Below are positions 12,001 to 23,515 of a DNA stretch of 64,000 nucleotides, piece after piece. Both the position numbers and the translations under genes were made by a program. Numbering within the stretch: the stretch's first letter is position 1; each line of letters opens with the position of its first letter. The notes beneath the pieces were generated by a model that worked only from the letters and a program-made list of their open reading frames with translations, searched no databases and was not told where the DNA came from. Origin of the DNA: Mobula hypostoma. Its lineage: Eukaryota. The stretch lies in contig NC_086097.1 in NCBI RefSeq assembly GCF_963921235.1, positions 188,916,001-188,980,000 on the forward strand, given 5' to 3'.

Positions 12001-13330
12001 AACATGGTAATTGTAGAAGGCCTGCAAATTCATTGCCTTAGTCAATTGCCATCTGCAGTGGAGAAGGCCAAAATTGTCCTGCACCAGGTCTTCAGGTCAA
12101 TGGATTTCTGGTAGACATTGTGTCAGATCGTGGCCCTCAATTCGTGTCATGTTTTTGGAGGGCACTCTGTATGCTGATTGGGCCAACAAGGAGTCTTTCC
12201 TCAGGGTCTCACCTACAGTCCAATGGCCAGATGGAGTGGGTGAACCAGGATATGGAACAGACCCCAAGACGCCTGGCCTCAGAGGAACCAGATGAGCTGT
12301 GCGACCATTTGATGTGGGAAGGGGGTTGCCCACAACATGTTACAGCATTCTATGTATGGGATGTCCCAGCTGAATCCTAAGTTGGGTATACTCCGCCACT
12401 CTTTCCTGAGTAGGAGGCTGAGGTTGGGGTTCCTGCAGCCGAAGATATCATCTGATGCTGCAAGGAAAAATGCACTAGAGCAAGGGAGATTTTAAGAAAA
12501 AGGGAGATTTTTGTTGGCTTCTACCCTGAAATCTGAAATAAAGGCTAACCACAAGAGTTGACAGGGACCAGCTTTGCAGCCTGGTCAACAAGTTTGGCTG
12601 TCTACTCAGGACTTGCATCTCCATGTGGAGTCTAGGAAATTGGCAGACAAGCTCAATGAACCCTTCAAAGTTCTCAAGAAAGTAAACCTGGTGGCTTACA
12701 CCCTGTAACTCCCAAAGACTCTCAAGATCAATCCCACCTTCCACAGTTCCAAATTAAAACCTGTAAACACCAGCCCTTTTAGCCTACAACCATCAGTCCT
12801 GCCACCACCCAGGTTTGTCAGTGGGGGAACAGCTCTTCACTGTAAAAGAATTCTGGATTCCCAAACTGTTCAGGGGGTTCAGCAGTTCCTTGTGGACTGG
12901 GAAGGATTTGGGCCCAAGGAACGGTGCTTGTTTCCTGAAAGGGAAATCTTGGATCCGGCTCTCATCCATGACTATCATCATTGTCTCTCCGAGCAGCCAG
13001 GGCCATCAGGAGTGAGCAGTAGACGAAGGGGTCCTGTTACGATATGCACCTGACCCCGCCAGCTTCCATGGTTTAGACACTCCAATTCTCTGGAATATGG
13101 ATAGCTGGCTTTAAAGATTCAGGCCCACCCCTCTATTTAGTGGAGCCAAGATTTTAATATTTAAAGAGCACTGAAACTGAGGTTCTGTGCTGAACTGTCA
13201 GCTCAACTTTGGAATCTCCTCTAATATCTAGTTTAGAACCCTGTCTGTTTCAGTCTCGTATCATGTCTCGATTCTAGTTTTGGATACACCAATACTTGGG
13301 TGCTAACCATCCTTGCCTCCTATAATCGTG
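9084..13330 (+). mobile_element. Decayed Ty3/Gypsy chromovirus (Sushi/Tf2-like) LTR retrotransposon
   Basis: Diverged LTRs start TGTTAC at 9084 and 13035, with a purine tract AGACGAAGGGG before the 3' LTR. RT (PYDCAIDL, SSSPASAGFFFV, YLDD), RNase H, integrase (PWAYISIDFITGLP, SDRGPQF) and a C-terminal chromodomain (QFLVDWEGFGPKE). Many frameshifts; right end approximate. Confidence 0.9.
10981..11587 (-). mobile_element. 5'-truncated Rex1/Babar inserted into the Gypsy pol
   Basis: Tail GAATCAGAATCAG at the left; ORF IRSLKRFGMPTNTLKNLYRCTVEKILTGCITVSYG. Confidence 0.85.
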
Positions 13331-13484
13331 CCGTGATTTAAAGAGAAGTGAAAGTCATATTAGTACAGTAATTCAAAAAAATGCAGATGCTGGCAAGCTG
13401 AAATAAAAAACAAAATGTAGTATAGACATTCAGCAGGTCTGACAGTAACTGTTACAAGAGAATAAAGTTAATATTTCAAATGTA

Positions 13485-15085
13485 CAGTGGCATGCAAAAG
13501 TTTGGGCACCCTGGTCAAAATTTCTGTTACTGTGAATAGTTAAGTGAGTAGAAGATGAACTGATCTCCAAAAGTTATAAAGTTAAAGAAGAAACATTCTT
13601 TTCAACATTTTAAGCAAGATTAGTGTATTATTTTTGTTTTGTATAATTTTGGAGTGAAAAAAAGGAAAGGAGCATCATGCAAAGGTTTGGGTACCCCAAG
13701 AGATTTGAGCTCTCAGGTAATTTTTACCAAGGTCTCAGACCTTAATTAGCTTGTTAGGGCTATGACTTGTTCACAATCATCATTAGGAAAGGCCAGGTGA
13801 TGCAAATTTCAAAGCTTTATAAATACCCTGACTCCTCAAATCTTATCCCAACAATCAGCAGCCATGGGCTCCTCTAAGCAGCTGCCTGGCACTCTGAAAA
13901 TAAAAATAAATGATGCTTACAAAGCAGAAGGCTATAAGAAGATAGCAAAGCATTTTCAGGTTGCTGTTTCCTCACTTTGTAACGTAATTAAGAAATGGCA
14001 GTTAACAGGAATGCTGGAGGTCAAGTTGAGGTCTGGAAGACCAAGAAAACTTTCTGAGAGAACTGCTGGTAGGATTGCTAGAAAGGCAAATCAAACCCCC
14101 ATTTGACTGCAAAAGACCTTCAGGAAGATTTAGCAGACTCTGGAGTGGTGGTGCACTGTTCTACTGTGCAGCAACACCTGCACAAATACGATCTTCATGG
14201 AAGAGTCATCAGAAGAAAACCTTTCCTGTGTCCTCACCACAAAATTCAGTGTCAGAAGTTTGCAAAGGAACAAGCCTGATGCATTTTGGAAACAAGTTCT
14301 GTGGACTGATGAAGTTAAAATAGAACTTTTTGGCCACAATGAGCAAAGGTATGTTTGGAGAAAAAAGGGTGCAGAATTTCATGAAAAGAACCCCTCTCCA
14401 ACTGTTAAGCACGGGTGGATCGATCATGCTTTGGGCTTGTGTTGCAGTCAGTGGCACGGGGAACATTTCACTGGTAGAGGGAAGAATAAATTCAATTAAA
14501 TACCAGAAAATTCTGGAAGCAAACATCACACTGTCTGTAAAAAAGCTGAAGATGAAAAGAGGATGGCTTCTACAACAGGATGATGATCCTAAACACACCT
14601 CAAAATCCACAATGGACTACCTCAAGAGGCACAAGCTGAAGGTTTTGCCATAGCCCTCACAATCCCCCGACCTAAACATCATCGAAAATCTGTGGATAGA
14701 CCTCAAAAGAGCAGTGCATGCAAGACAGCCCAAGAATCTCACAGAACTAGAAGCCTTTTGCAAGGAAGAATGGGCAAACAAGAATTGAAAGACTCTTAGC
14801 TGGCTACAGAATGCATTTACAAGCTGTGATACTTGCCAAAGGGAGTGTTACTAAGTACTGACCATGCAGGGTGCCCAAACTTTTGCTTCAGGCCCTTTTT
14901 CCTTTTTTGTTATTTTGGAACTGTAAAAGATGGAAATAAAAAAAAAGTAATTTTGCTTAAAATATTAAAGAAATGTGTCATCTTTAACTCGATGCCTTTT
15001 GGAAATCAGTTCATCTTTTACTCACTTAGCTATTCACAGTAACAGAAATTTTGACCAGGGGTGCCCAAATGTTTGCATGTCACTG
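13485..15085 (+). mobile_element. Full-length Tc1 DNA transposon, IR/DR type
   Basis: TA at 13483-84 and 15086-87; about 210-bp imperfect TIRs starting CAGTGGCATGCAAAAGTTTGGGCACC, with an internal direct repeat (13677-13696 and about 14870-14890). Confidence 0.95.
13864..14861 (+). pseudogene. Tc1 DD34E transposase, frameshifted
   Basis: RSGRPRK, WTDEVK, VKHGG, QDDDPKH...[15 protein letters not shown] (34 residues between D and E), ends AKGSVTKY*; split over frames with a stop. Confidence 0.9.
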
Positions 15086-16119
15086 TAATTCTCTTTGAAA
15101 TGTGAACTATTTGCCCAACCTCTGCAATGCTAGGCCTAAGGAAGCTAGGGCTGGGAAGGGAAATTAATGAGACTTCATTTGGTTTCAAGCATAGTCCTGC
15201 AATACCATATATGCAGTGTGGTTAGATGTACTGGTGTTCAAAGAGCATGATTTTAGCTGAACTGGGAGATGGGGATTGTGATTATCAGAAATAATAGTCC
15301 AGGCAGACTTTACAGCTACAAAAAACAATTGACGTAGAAGTTCTGTAACCAAGGCAGCACTAATGTTGGGACATAACCATGCTTTCCCTCTGAAATCTCA
15401 GTTTCCAGCACTGGTATGAGCCTGAACCCAGCAGCAGCATTTTCCAACTTGCCTCCTGAGCTGGTTGTTTCTATTCTGTTCCTGTGGACATATCCAGCCG
15501 CCTGCCTGCTGAGGTTGCAATAGGAACAGCTGTTCCACTTAACATCAGTGGAAGTCTGCATCAGGTAGGAAAAAGATTAGTAGTTAATTTTTATTGTTTG
15601 TTTCAACTAGTTTAAATTTTTTGTAAATATGTACAGTATTTAGAGCATTAATTGTAAAAGAATTGTAAAATACATTTTAATTTTTAGTAATTACTTTTTT
15701 TTTGTAAGCAAGTCTTCAGTAAAGCTACCATTAACACTGGTAGCTTTGACATCTGGTGAGCCAGGGGGTAAGTCCTCACAAACCATCAAAGTGTTTTATG
15801 AGAGCAGCAAGCTTCCTGTGCAGAGAAAGCCTGCATGCTGTACTCCGCTGTGTTATAGCTTTGGAGGTCAGTGCTGTGCTTGTACCAGGTTTGACTTAGC
15901 ACCTGGGTCATTGCCAGAACTAACAATATGACCTAGACCAGGAATTTAGCAATTCTGAGACAACAAAAGACCTGCTGCAACAATTTTAAAAAGTGCATTT
16001 TGATTATTTCCTGACACAATTCCTGTATTGAGAATTAATATGTAATTAAGTTCCGACCCTATTAATTATTTTCCTCATTGAAACATAAACTAAGAAAGAA
16101 AAGAAGAATGAAATAAAGG

Positions 16120-16448
16120 GGGTAGTGCAGATGCTCCTGTCTAAATTAGAGGTGCTGAGATTGAGGGGGTTGAGAGCTTTAAGTTCTTCGGAGTGAACAT
16201 CACCAGCAGCCTGCCCGAGTCCAACCATGTAGTTGCCATGGCCGAGAAAACACACTAACAGCTCTACTTCCTCATGCAAAAGAAACTCGCCAGGTCCCTT
16301 TGACCCTCATCAATTTTTATCAATGCAGCATAGAAATGATCCTATCCAGATGCAACATGGCTTGGTATGGCAACTGCTCTGCCTGTCAGTGCAACAAAGC
16401 GCTGAGAGTTGTGGACTTAGCTCAGCACAGCGCGGAAACCGGCCTCCC
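16120..16448 (+). mobile_element. Rex1/Babar fragment, 5' part (host of the Mag-type Gypsy)
   Basis: TLINFYQCSIEMILSRCNMAWYGNCS...AQHSAETGLP; continues after 21621. Confidence 0.75.
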
Positions 16449-16583
16449 TGTAATGTATTGTGTGAGTATTCGTAGCGTCAGAGTGTATATGACGTCAGGA
16501 CGTGGAGAGGTAAAAAATAGAAGTCTGTTGAATAAACATGGTTGTTCAATCTACAGCAGTGTCCGAGTCACTTCAATATTACA
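16449..16583 (+). repeat. 5' LTR of Mag-type Gypsy
   Basis: Direct repeat of 21482-21616 with 9 differences in 135 nt; contains TGACGTCA and AATAAA. Confidence 0.95.
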
Positions 16584-16595
16584 TGGTGTCAGAAG
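16584..16595 (+). other. Primer-binding site, tRNA-Leu type
   Basis: TGGTGTCAGAAG directly after the LTR, complementary to a tRNA 3' end CUUCUGACACCA. Confidence 0.8.
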
Positions 16596-19478
16596 AAATC
16601 GCGAAAAACAGGGAGAGAAGACACGTAAAAGATGTCACAGTTACAGCCTCCGTCAAGTTGAAGCCTACAAGGTAATCTTGCTGAGAACTGGAAAATATGG
16701 ATCCAGAAGTTTGAGCTGTTTTGCATCGCTAGCGGTGTAGCTGAACAGACGGAGAAAGTGCAATGTGCTATGTTTCTGCATGTGGCGGGAGAAGACGCAG
16801 TAAAGGTTTTGCAACACGTTTGCCTTCCAAGATGACGAGCAAGATAAAATTGAAGTGTTGAAGAAAAAGTTTCAAGATTACTGTGAACCGAGAAAAATCC
16901 TACCGTACATCTGACACATATTTTTCATGGGGGTTCAAGGACCAATAGAGACCAGAGACGCCTATGTAACAGATTTGAAGAACAAGGCAAAAGACTGTGA
17001 GTTTGGACAACTGTATGACTCTTTAATTTGTGACAGGATTGTATGCAGCATACGAGATGATCAAGTGAGAGGCAGGCTATTGAGAGAGGCAAATCTTACA
17101 TTAAAGGCAATTGATGTTTGCCATGCCAGTGATTTCACGTCAAGTCAGGTTAAAGTGCTCAATGAAGAGATTGAAGTGCACAAAGTAAAAACTGTGAAAA
17201 CTGACAAGAGTAGGACAAAGCCAGCTCCACAGGAAGTTCAAAAGGAAGTTGACTGCAACAGATGTGGTTATAAACATGGATACAGAAAATGTCCAGACTT
17301 TGGTCAGACATGCAAGTTATGCCAGAAAAGAAATCACTTTGCAAAGATGTGCAAATCGAAGGAGCACGCAAGGAAAATGCATGCTGTGGAACAGAGTGAG
17401 GGCAACAGTGACATGTTCATTGGCACAGTTGAAGTGGAACAGGAGGTATGCATCAAGAATAGTGACAATACAGGGATGGAGGATGAAGATGATTGGACCC
17501 AAGATCTGATAATAAACAGGAGGAATGTGACATTTAAGCTTGACACTGGGGCAAAGTGCAATGTAATGTCAGTAGAAACATTCAACTCACTGGACACCAG
17601 AGGAAGACTGAGAAAATCCACCCGCAAGCTTGTTGCACATTTCGGCCACAAGACGGTGCCATAGGGCAATAAAACACTCACCTGTGTGTACAAAGGACAA
17701 AAATACAAGATCGAGTTTGAAATAGTACAGCAACATATTTCAGCAATACTGGGCAAAGCAACATGCACAAAGCTAGGCCTGGTGAAGCGAATCTATGGTG
17801 TTGAAAAAGAAAATGATATTCTCAAAGACTTTGATGACTTGTTTTCTGGATTAGGATGTTTACCAGGGAAACACCATATCCAGATTGATCCAACTATTGC
17901 ACCAGTCGTGCATGCCCCGAGAAAGATTCCAGTAACTCTCAGGGATCAAGTAGTGGAGGAGCTACACAGAATGGAACAGATGGGAGTCATAACAAGACAA
18001 ATAGAACCGACTGACTGGATGAATAGTATGGTGACAGTGGTCACAAGACAAAAGACGAGGATTTGCATGGATCCACAAGATTTCAATCAAGCCATCAAAA
18101 GAGAGCACTATCCGCTGCTCACGGTTGAAGAGGTTGTCTCCCGCATGCCTAATGCGAAATACTTCTCAGTATTAGATGCAAATCAAGGCTTCTGGCAGAT
18201 CAAGCTGGATAAGAAAGTTCCAAATTATGCACTTTCAACACGCCCATAGGGAGATATCGTTTCCTGCATCTACCCTTTGGGATTTCTTCTGCATCAGAGG
18301 TATTCCAGAGATCTGTGGCACAAATGATTGAAGGTCTGGATGGGGTGGTCAATATCATTGATGATTTGCTGATATGGGGTGACACAATTGAGGAACATGA
18401 TCAGAGACTGAGGAAGTTCCTGGAGAGAGCACGTGAGTACAACCTAAAACTGAACAAAAGTAAATGTAAGATCAGAAGTACAGAGATCAAATACATAGGT
18501 CATGTGCTCAGTGCTGATGGGCTAACACCAGATGATGAAAAGGTCCGAGCTGTGGTACAGCTACCACCACCCGAAGACAAGCAAGAACTATTGAGGTTCA
18601 TGGGCATGATACAGTATCTTGCCAAATTCACTCCCAACTTATCAGAGGTCAGCGCTCCACTCCGAAAGCTACTAGAGAGCAGCACTGAATGGCATTGGGA
18701 AGACAAACAAAAGAAAAGTTTTGACACATTGAAGCAGTTGGTTACCAATGCACCAGCACTCAAGTTCCATGATGTCAATAAACCGGTGACAATGTCTGTG
18801 GATGCCAGTTCGGAAGGAATAGGAGCTGTTATACTACAGGGTGGGAGGCCTGTGGCGTATGGATCACGAGCACTTATGGACTGTCAATGCTGATATGCTC
18901 AAATCGAGAAGGAATTACTCGCCGTAGTTTATGGGTGTGAGAAGTTCCACCAAAATGTATATGGCAAAGAAATCCAGATTGAGAGTGATCACAAACCACT
19001 TGAGAGCATCTTTAAAAAGCCACTCCACCAAGCTCCTATGAGACTGCAAAGGATGCTTCTCAGGCTACAGAGGTACACTCTCACAGTCACCTATAAGCCA
19101 GGAAAAGAACTGTACATCGCTGATGCTTTGAGCTGTGCTTACCTCAAAGAGCAAAAGGAAGAGTTGCTAGGAAAAGAGCTGGAGGTCAACTGGGTTACAC
19201 CTCAGCTACCCATCTCTGAGGAGAAGATGAACATGTTCAGGAAAGTGACTGCAGATAATCCTGAAATGCAAATGCTGAGAGGCATTACAATGAATGGATG
19301 GCCAACAGAAAGAAAAGATGTTCCAAAGGAAATGCAGAAATACTGGACATTTAAAGAGGAAATCAGCTATGCATCAAGACTAATGTTCAAAACGGCAAAA
19401 CCCATCGTACGAAACCAAATGAGACAGAAAATGCTCAACAGACTTCATGAGTCACACCTGGGGATAGTGAAATGTAAA

Positions 19479-20164
19479 TGTAAGGGGGTTTCGACTTTTA
19501 TGTTACTGCGGAGGCCAATTAAAATGGCGTTTTTGTTATGTTAATCTGGGGAATGTGGCTTTGTTGTGTTAAACGTTGAGAAAGTTTGTGCTAGTAACTT
19601 GTTTTCTTTAGTGTGTGATAAGAGAGTGCTATTAACCAATTGGGATAGTTGTTATGGTTTTGGTGTATTTGAAGATACTGTATGCGTGGGGTTTTGGGGG
19701 AGAAGGCAGGAGAGCGATACAGAGGATGGACGAGATGCTGTGATGTCCGCTAACGGGGTCGGACCCCGAGCGGGACGTTCGGCGAGGAGACGGAGACGGA
19801 CTCGTGTGGAGCGTCTGGTCGACCACCGTTGTTGGTCCCAGGTGGTCCGAGGGGTCGCGGGGTGAAGAAGAAGGTCCTTGAGCTCCAACGGTTTTTGTGC
19901 ACGAAGAGATTGAACTTTGATAAGTGTGGCGCCTTTTATTTTCCTTTTATATTTTATTCTCTCTTAATTATATAGTTCCAGTAATATCTATAAACTGTAA
20001 ATCATTTAATTGTATCTGGTGTATTGTCTGTTATTTGGGCGGGGTGGGGTACCTCACACAGCATCCACACAAACGAATTATCCAGTTTGGCGGGGCCGAG
20101 GCTGTTTCCCTAGACGACAGCGAGCCCAGCGAGCCTGAGGGTGGCCGGGGGGGTGGGGGCTACA
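19479..20164. mobile_element. Solo LTR of an unrelated LTR element, inserted in the integrase zinc finger
   Basis: 686 bp, TGTA...TACA ends, 4-bp TSD TAAA (19475-78, 20165-68); removal restores HLGIVKCK|ERARDILYWPGM. Confidence 0.88.
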
Positions 20165-21481
20165 TAAAGAAAGAGCAAGGGACATTCTCTATTGGCCAGG
20201 CATGTCTACTCAGATAGAGGAGATTGTGTCTCAGTGTGCTGTCTGTAATGAAAACAAAAACAGCAATCCAAGAGAGCCTCTGCTTCCCCATCCACTACCA
20301 GGAAGACCATGGGAGAAGATTGGCACAGATCTCTTTCACTACAATGGTGCAGAATATCTGCTTTGTGTGGACTACTATTCAAAATATCCGGAGATCACCA
20401 AGTTAAGTGACACATCCAGTCGTGGTGTCATTACCGCAATGAGGTCGACATTTGCAAGACATGTTATTCCAGATATTGTCATTAGTGACAATGGTCCACA
20501 ATATGCCAGTGGTGAGTTCAGAGGGTTCTCAGAAAGCTGGGAATTTCAACATGTTACATCCAGTCCAGGGCACGCTCAGTCTAATGGACAAGCAGAGAGA
20601 ACTGTACAAACTGTCACGAACATGCTCAAGAAGGCACAAAGCAGCAACCGTTACCCTTACATTGCTCTGCTTGAATACCGCAACACACCAACTGAGGGTG
20701 TAGGGTTCTCTCCTGCGCAGCTGTTGATGGGACGTCGTCTGAAGTCCAAACTGCCAACGTACACAACTCTACTGACTCCTGAAGGTAATGCTCAAGTTAA
20801 TGACAAGCAAAAGTACGAGCAAATAAAGCAAAAGAGCTACTATAACAGACATACAAGACAGTTGCCAGATCTGCATACAGGTGAAAATGTCAGAATACAG
20901 AGAGGAGACACTTGGCAACCAGCTGTGGTTGTGAACAGACATCAGGAACCAAGATCCTTCATAGTTCGCACGCCGGATAGAAGAGTCTACAGGAGGAACA
21001 GGAAGCATTTGCTGAAGACAGGCGAGAGTGAGTTTCCATGTACAGATGCACAGGACATTTCCACATTTACAGACATGGAAACAAACGACACCAAGCGTGA
21101 TGCAGACCGCAAAGACACAGAGGTCACTGGAGAGACTGACACGGATGAAGGACAAGCACAGTCACAGTTGTATCACACGCGGTCTGGGAGACAAGTCAAA
21201 CTTCCAGCTAGATACAGAGACTAGACATACTTACAGTCTCACACAGTTTGAGGCAAAGTCACACATGCCAGAAGTTCCAAGATGTGAAATAAAAGGTTTA
21301 TTAGTCTACGTTAGTAAAAGAAAATACAATACTAACAGCAGTGAAAGATACAATGCAGAATACAGTACAAGTTAAGATTTTTTTTAGTTTATGTCATGGT
21401 TGTTGCACTGTAAGAAGGGCACACCTAGAGGCATTGTTTTGGTAATTCAGTGTTGTTAAAAAAAAATCTTGAGAAGGGGGA

Positions 21482-21616
21482 TGTAATGTATTGTGTGAGT
21501 ATTCGTAGTGTCAGAGTGTGTATGACGTCAGGACGTTGAGAGGTAAAAAATGGAAGTCTGTTGAATAAATACGGTTGTTCAATCTACAGCGGTGTCCGAG
21601 TCATATCAATATTACA
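21482..21616 (+). repeat. 3' LTR of Mag-type Gypsy
   Basis: Follows the PPT; followed by TSD CTCCC at 21617-21621. Confidence 0.95.
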
Positions 21617-21621
21617 CTCCC

Positions 21622-22030
21622 CTTCATGCACTGTCTATTCTTTTCACTTCTGAAGTAAAGCAGCCAGCATAATCAAAGACCCCACCCACAATGGACATTC
21701 TCTTCCCCCTCCTCCCATCAGACAAAGGATACCAAATCCAGAAAGCACATACCACCAGGCTCAAGGACAGCTTCTATCCTACTGTTATAGGACCACTGAA
21801 TGGTTCCCTAGCACAGTAAGATGGATTCCTGACCTCACAAACTGCCTCGTTATGTCCTTGCATCTCACTTTCCACCCGCGCTACATTTTCTTTGTAACTG
21901 TGACTCTTGATCCTGAATTCTGTTATTGCTTTACCTTGAACTACCTACATGCACTACTGTTGTGAATTGATGTGTACGAACAGTAAGCAAGACCTCAGTA
22001 CACATGACAATAATAAACCAATCTACCAAT
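21622..22030 (+). mobile_element. Rex1/Babar fragment, 3' part
   Basis: AASIIKDPTH...TTRLKDSFYPTVI, then 3' UTR with AATAAA and CCAAT repeats. Confidence 0.75.
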
Positions 22031-22380
22031 TTCTTAATGATTTTAATGGGAGAATTGTTGATATACATGACATCTAAACACTTACAATTAACAAACCAAC
22101 CAGATTATCATATCTGCACAGAAGGAACTGCACAATTATTCTAATAGCCATTTTCTTTCAATGAAACACTTTCTCACTTTGAAAATACACTATTCTTTAC
22201 TAGTATTCTGATTTACTAAGTACATTGAAACAGTGCATGAACACTACATCACTATTTTTTGCTCTTTTGCACTACTTATTTAATTTAATTCCTTACATGT
22301 GTATTTCTTCATGTAATTTAGTTTATTTTTATATATTGCACAGCACTGCTGCTGCAAAGCAACACATTTTACGACATATC

Positions 22381-23515
22381 CTCAGTGACCTCTTTATTAG
22401 GTACACCTGTTTGTTATTGCAAATATCTAATCATCCAATCATATCACAGCAGCTCAATGCTTAAAAGTATGCAGACATGATCACAAAGTTCAGTTGTTGT
22501 TCAGACAAAACATCAGAATGGAGAAGAAATGTAGATTGTTGGTGCCAGATGGGGTGGTTTGAGTATCTCAGAAACTGCTGATCTCCTGGGATTTACACAC
22601 ATAAAAGTCTCTAGCATTTACAGAGAATTGTATGAAAAACAAAGAAATATCTAATGAGCTGCAGTTCTGTGGGTGAAAACGCCTTGTTAACGAGAGAGGT
22701 CAGAGGAGAGTGGCCAGATTAAGGCTGGTTTATACTTGTGTGTACTAGCTTATGCAAGTGCCTACGCAAGTGGGCTATGGTGTTGTGAGCATTTACACTT
22801 GTGTGTTGATGTGTCTGCTTCGCTCTTCAATTCACCGCCAAAACGCTAGTTGGCGGTAGGGTTTCTATGTCACTGTGTTGAGTTTCTTCGTGTTGAAACT
22901 CAACACCAAGAAACTCAAACTTCAAACAATGGCGACTGAAACTGAAGGAGGGTGAATTTTCTGTGCTTGTCCGGCCATTGAAAGACATGGACAAGGAAAT
23001 GCATTTCAAATATTTTTGGATGTTGGCAGATAGATTTGACGATTTGGTTCATCGTCTCTAACCATTTATTTCGCATCAGTCTACGCACAGTGTACTCAGA
23101 GACTGGCAATCACCATTCGAGTTTTAGCTTCAGGTGGAAGTCAACAGGCTGTAGCAGTTAGCTACAAACTGGTGTCAAGCACAGGGTCCTCTATAATTTC
23201 GGAGGTCTGTCAAGCTTTATGGAAAGCATTGCAGCCAGAGTTCCTTCCCCGACCTTCAGTCACCCAATGGGAAGCTATTGGAGCGTAGGAAGAAATGCGA
23301 AGCTACCAAGTGGACCAATTACACTTGCTGAGGTCTGCGTCGCCACAACACGTAATTACATTTTGGGAGAGGTGCGCATTAGACTACGGCGTAGGGTTTG
23401 GCGTAGAGTACAGCGTAGATACGTTGCTACACCGTACCTACGGCATACATTTGATGCACAAGTATAAATCAGCCTTTAGTTCAAGCTGACAGGAAAACGA
23501 CAGTAACTCAAATAA
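22381..23515 (+). mobile_element. 5' fragment of a second Tc1 family, split by a Harbinger insertion
   Basis: TIR-like CTTTATTAGGTACACC; IVGARWGGLSISETADLLGF...GQRRVARL|VQADRKTTVTQI reads across the insertion. Confidence 0.8.
22722..23475 (+). mobile_element. Internally deleted PIF/Harbinger transposon
   Basis: TIR AGGCTG(G/A)TTTATACTTGTG at both ends; TTA TSD (22719-21, 23476-78); transposase remnant [18 protein letters not shown]...[19 protein letters not shown]...[13 protein letters not shown]. Confidence 0.88.

Larger units (their letters stand above)
16449..21616 (+). mobile_element. Complete Mag-clade Ty3/Gypsy LTR retrotransposon (gag-pro-RT-RH-IN), inactivated
   Basis: 135-bp TG...CA LTRs at 16449-16583 and 21482-21616; 5-bp TSD CTCCC; PBS TGGTGTCAGAAG; PPT GAGAAGGGGGA; Gag knuckles CNRCGYKH...CKLCQKRNHFAKMC; protease LDTGA; RT IIDD; RNase H DAS; integrase SDNGPQY. 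Confidence 0.97.

Noticed and set aside
15401..15564. Plus-strand exon-like segment ending CAG|GTAGGA
   Set aside because: Stops in all three frames and no partner exons.
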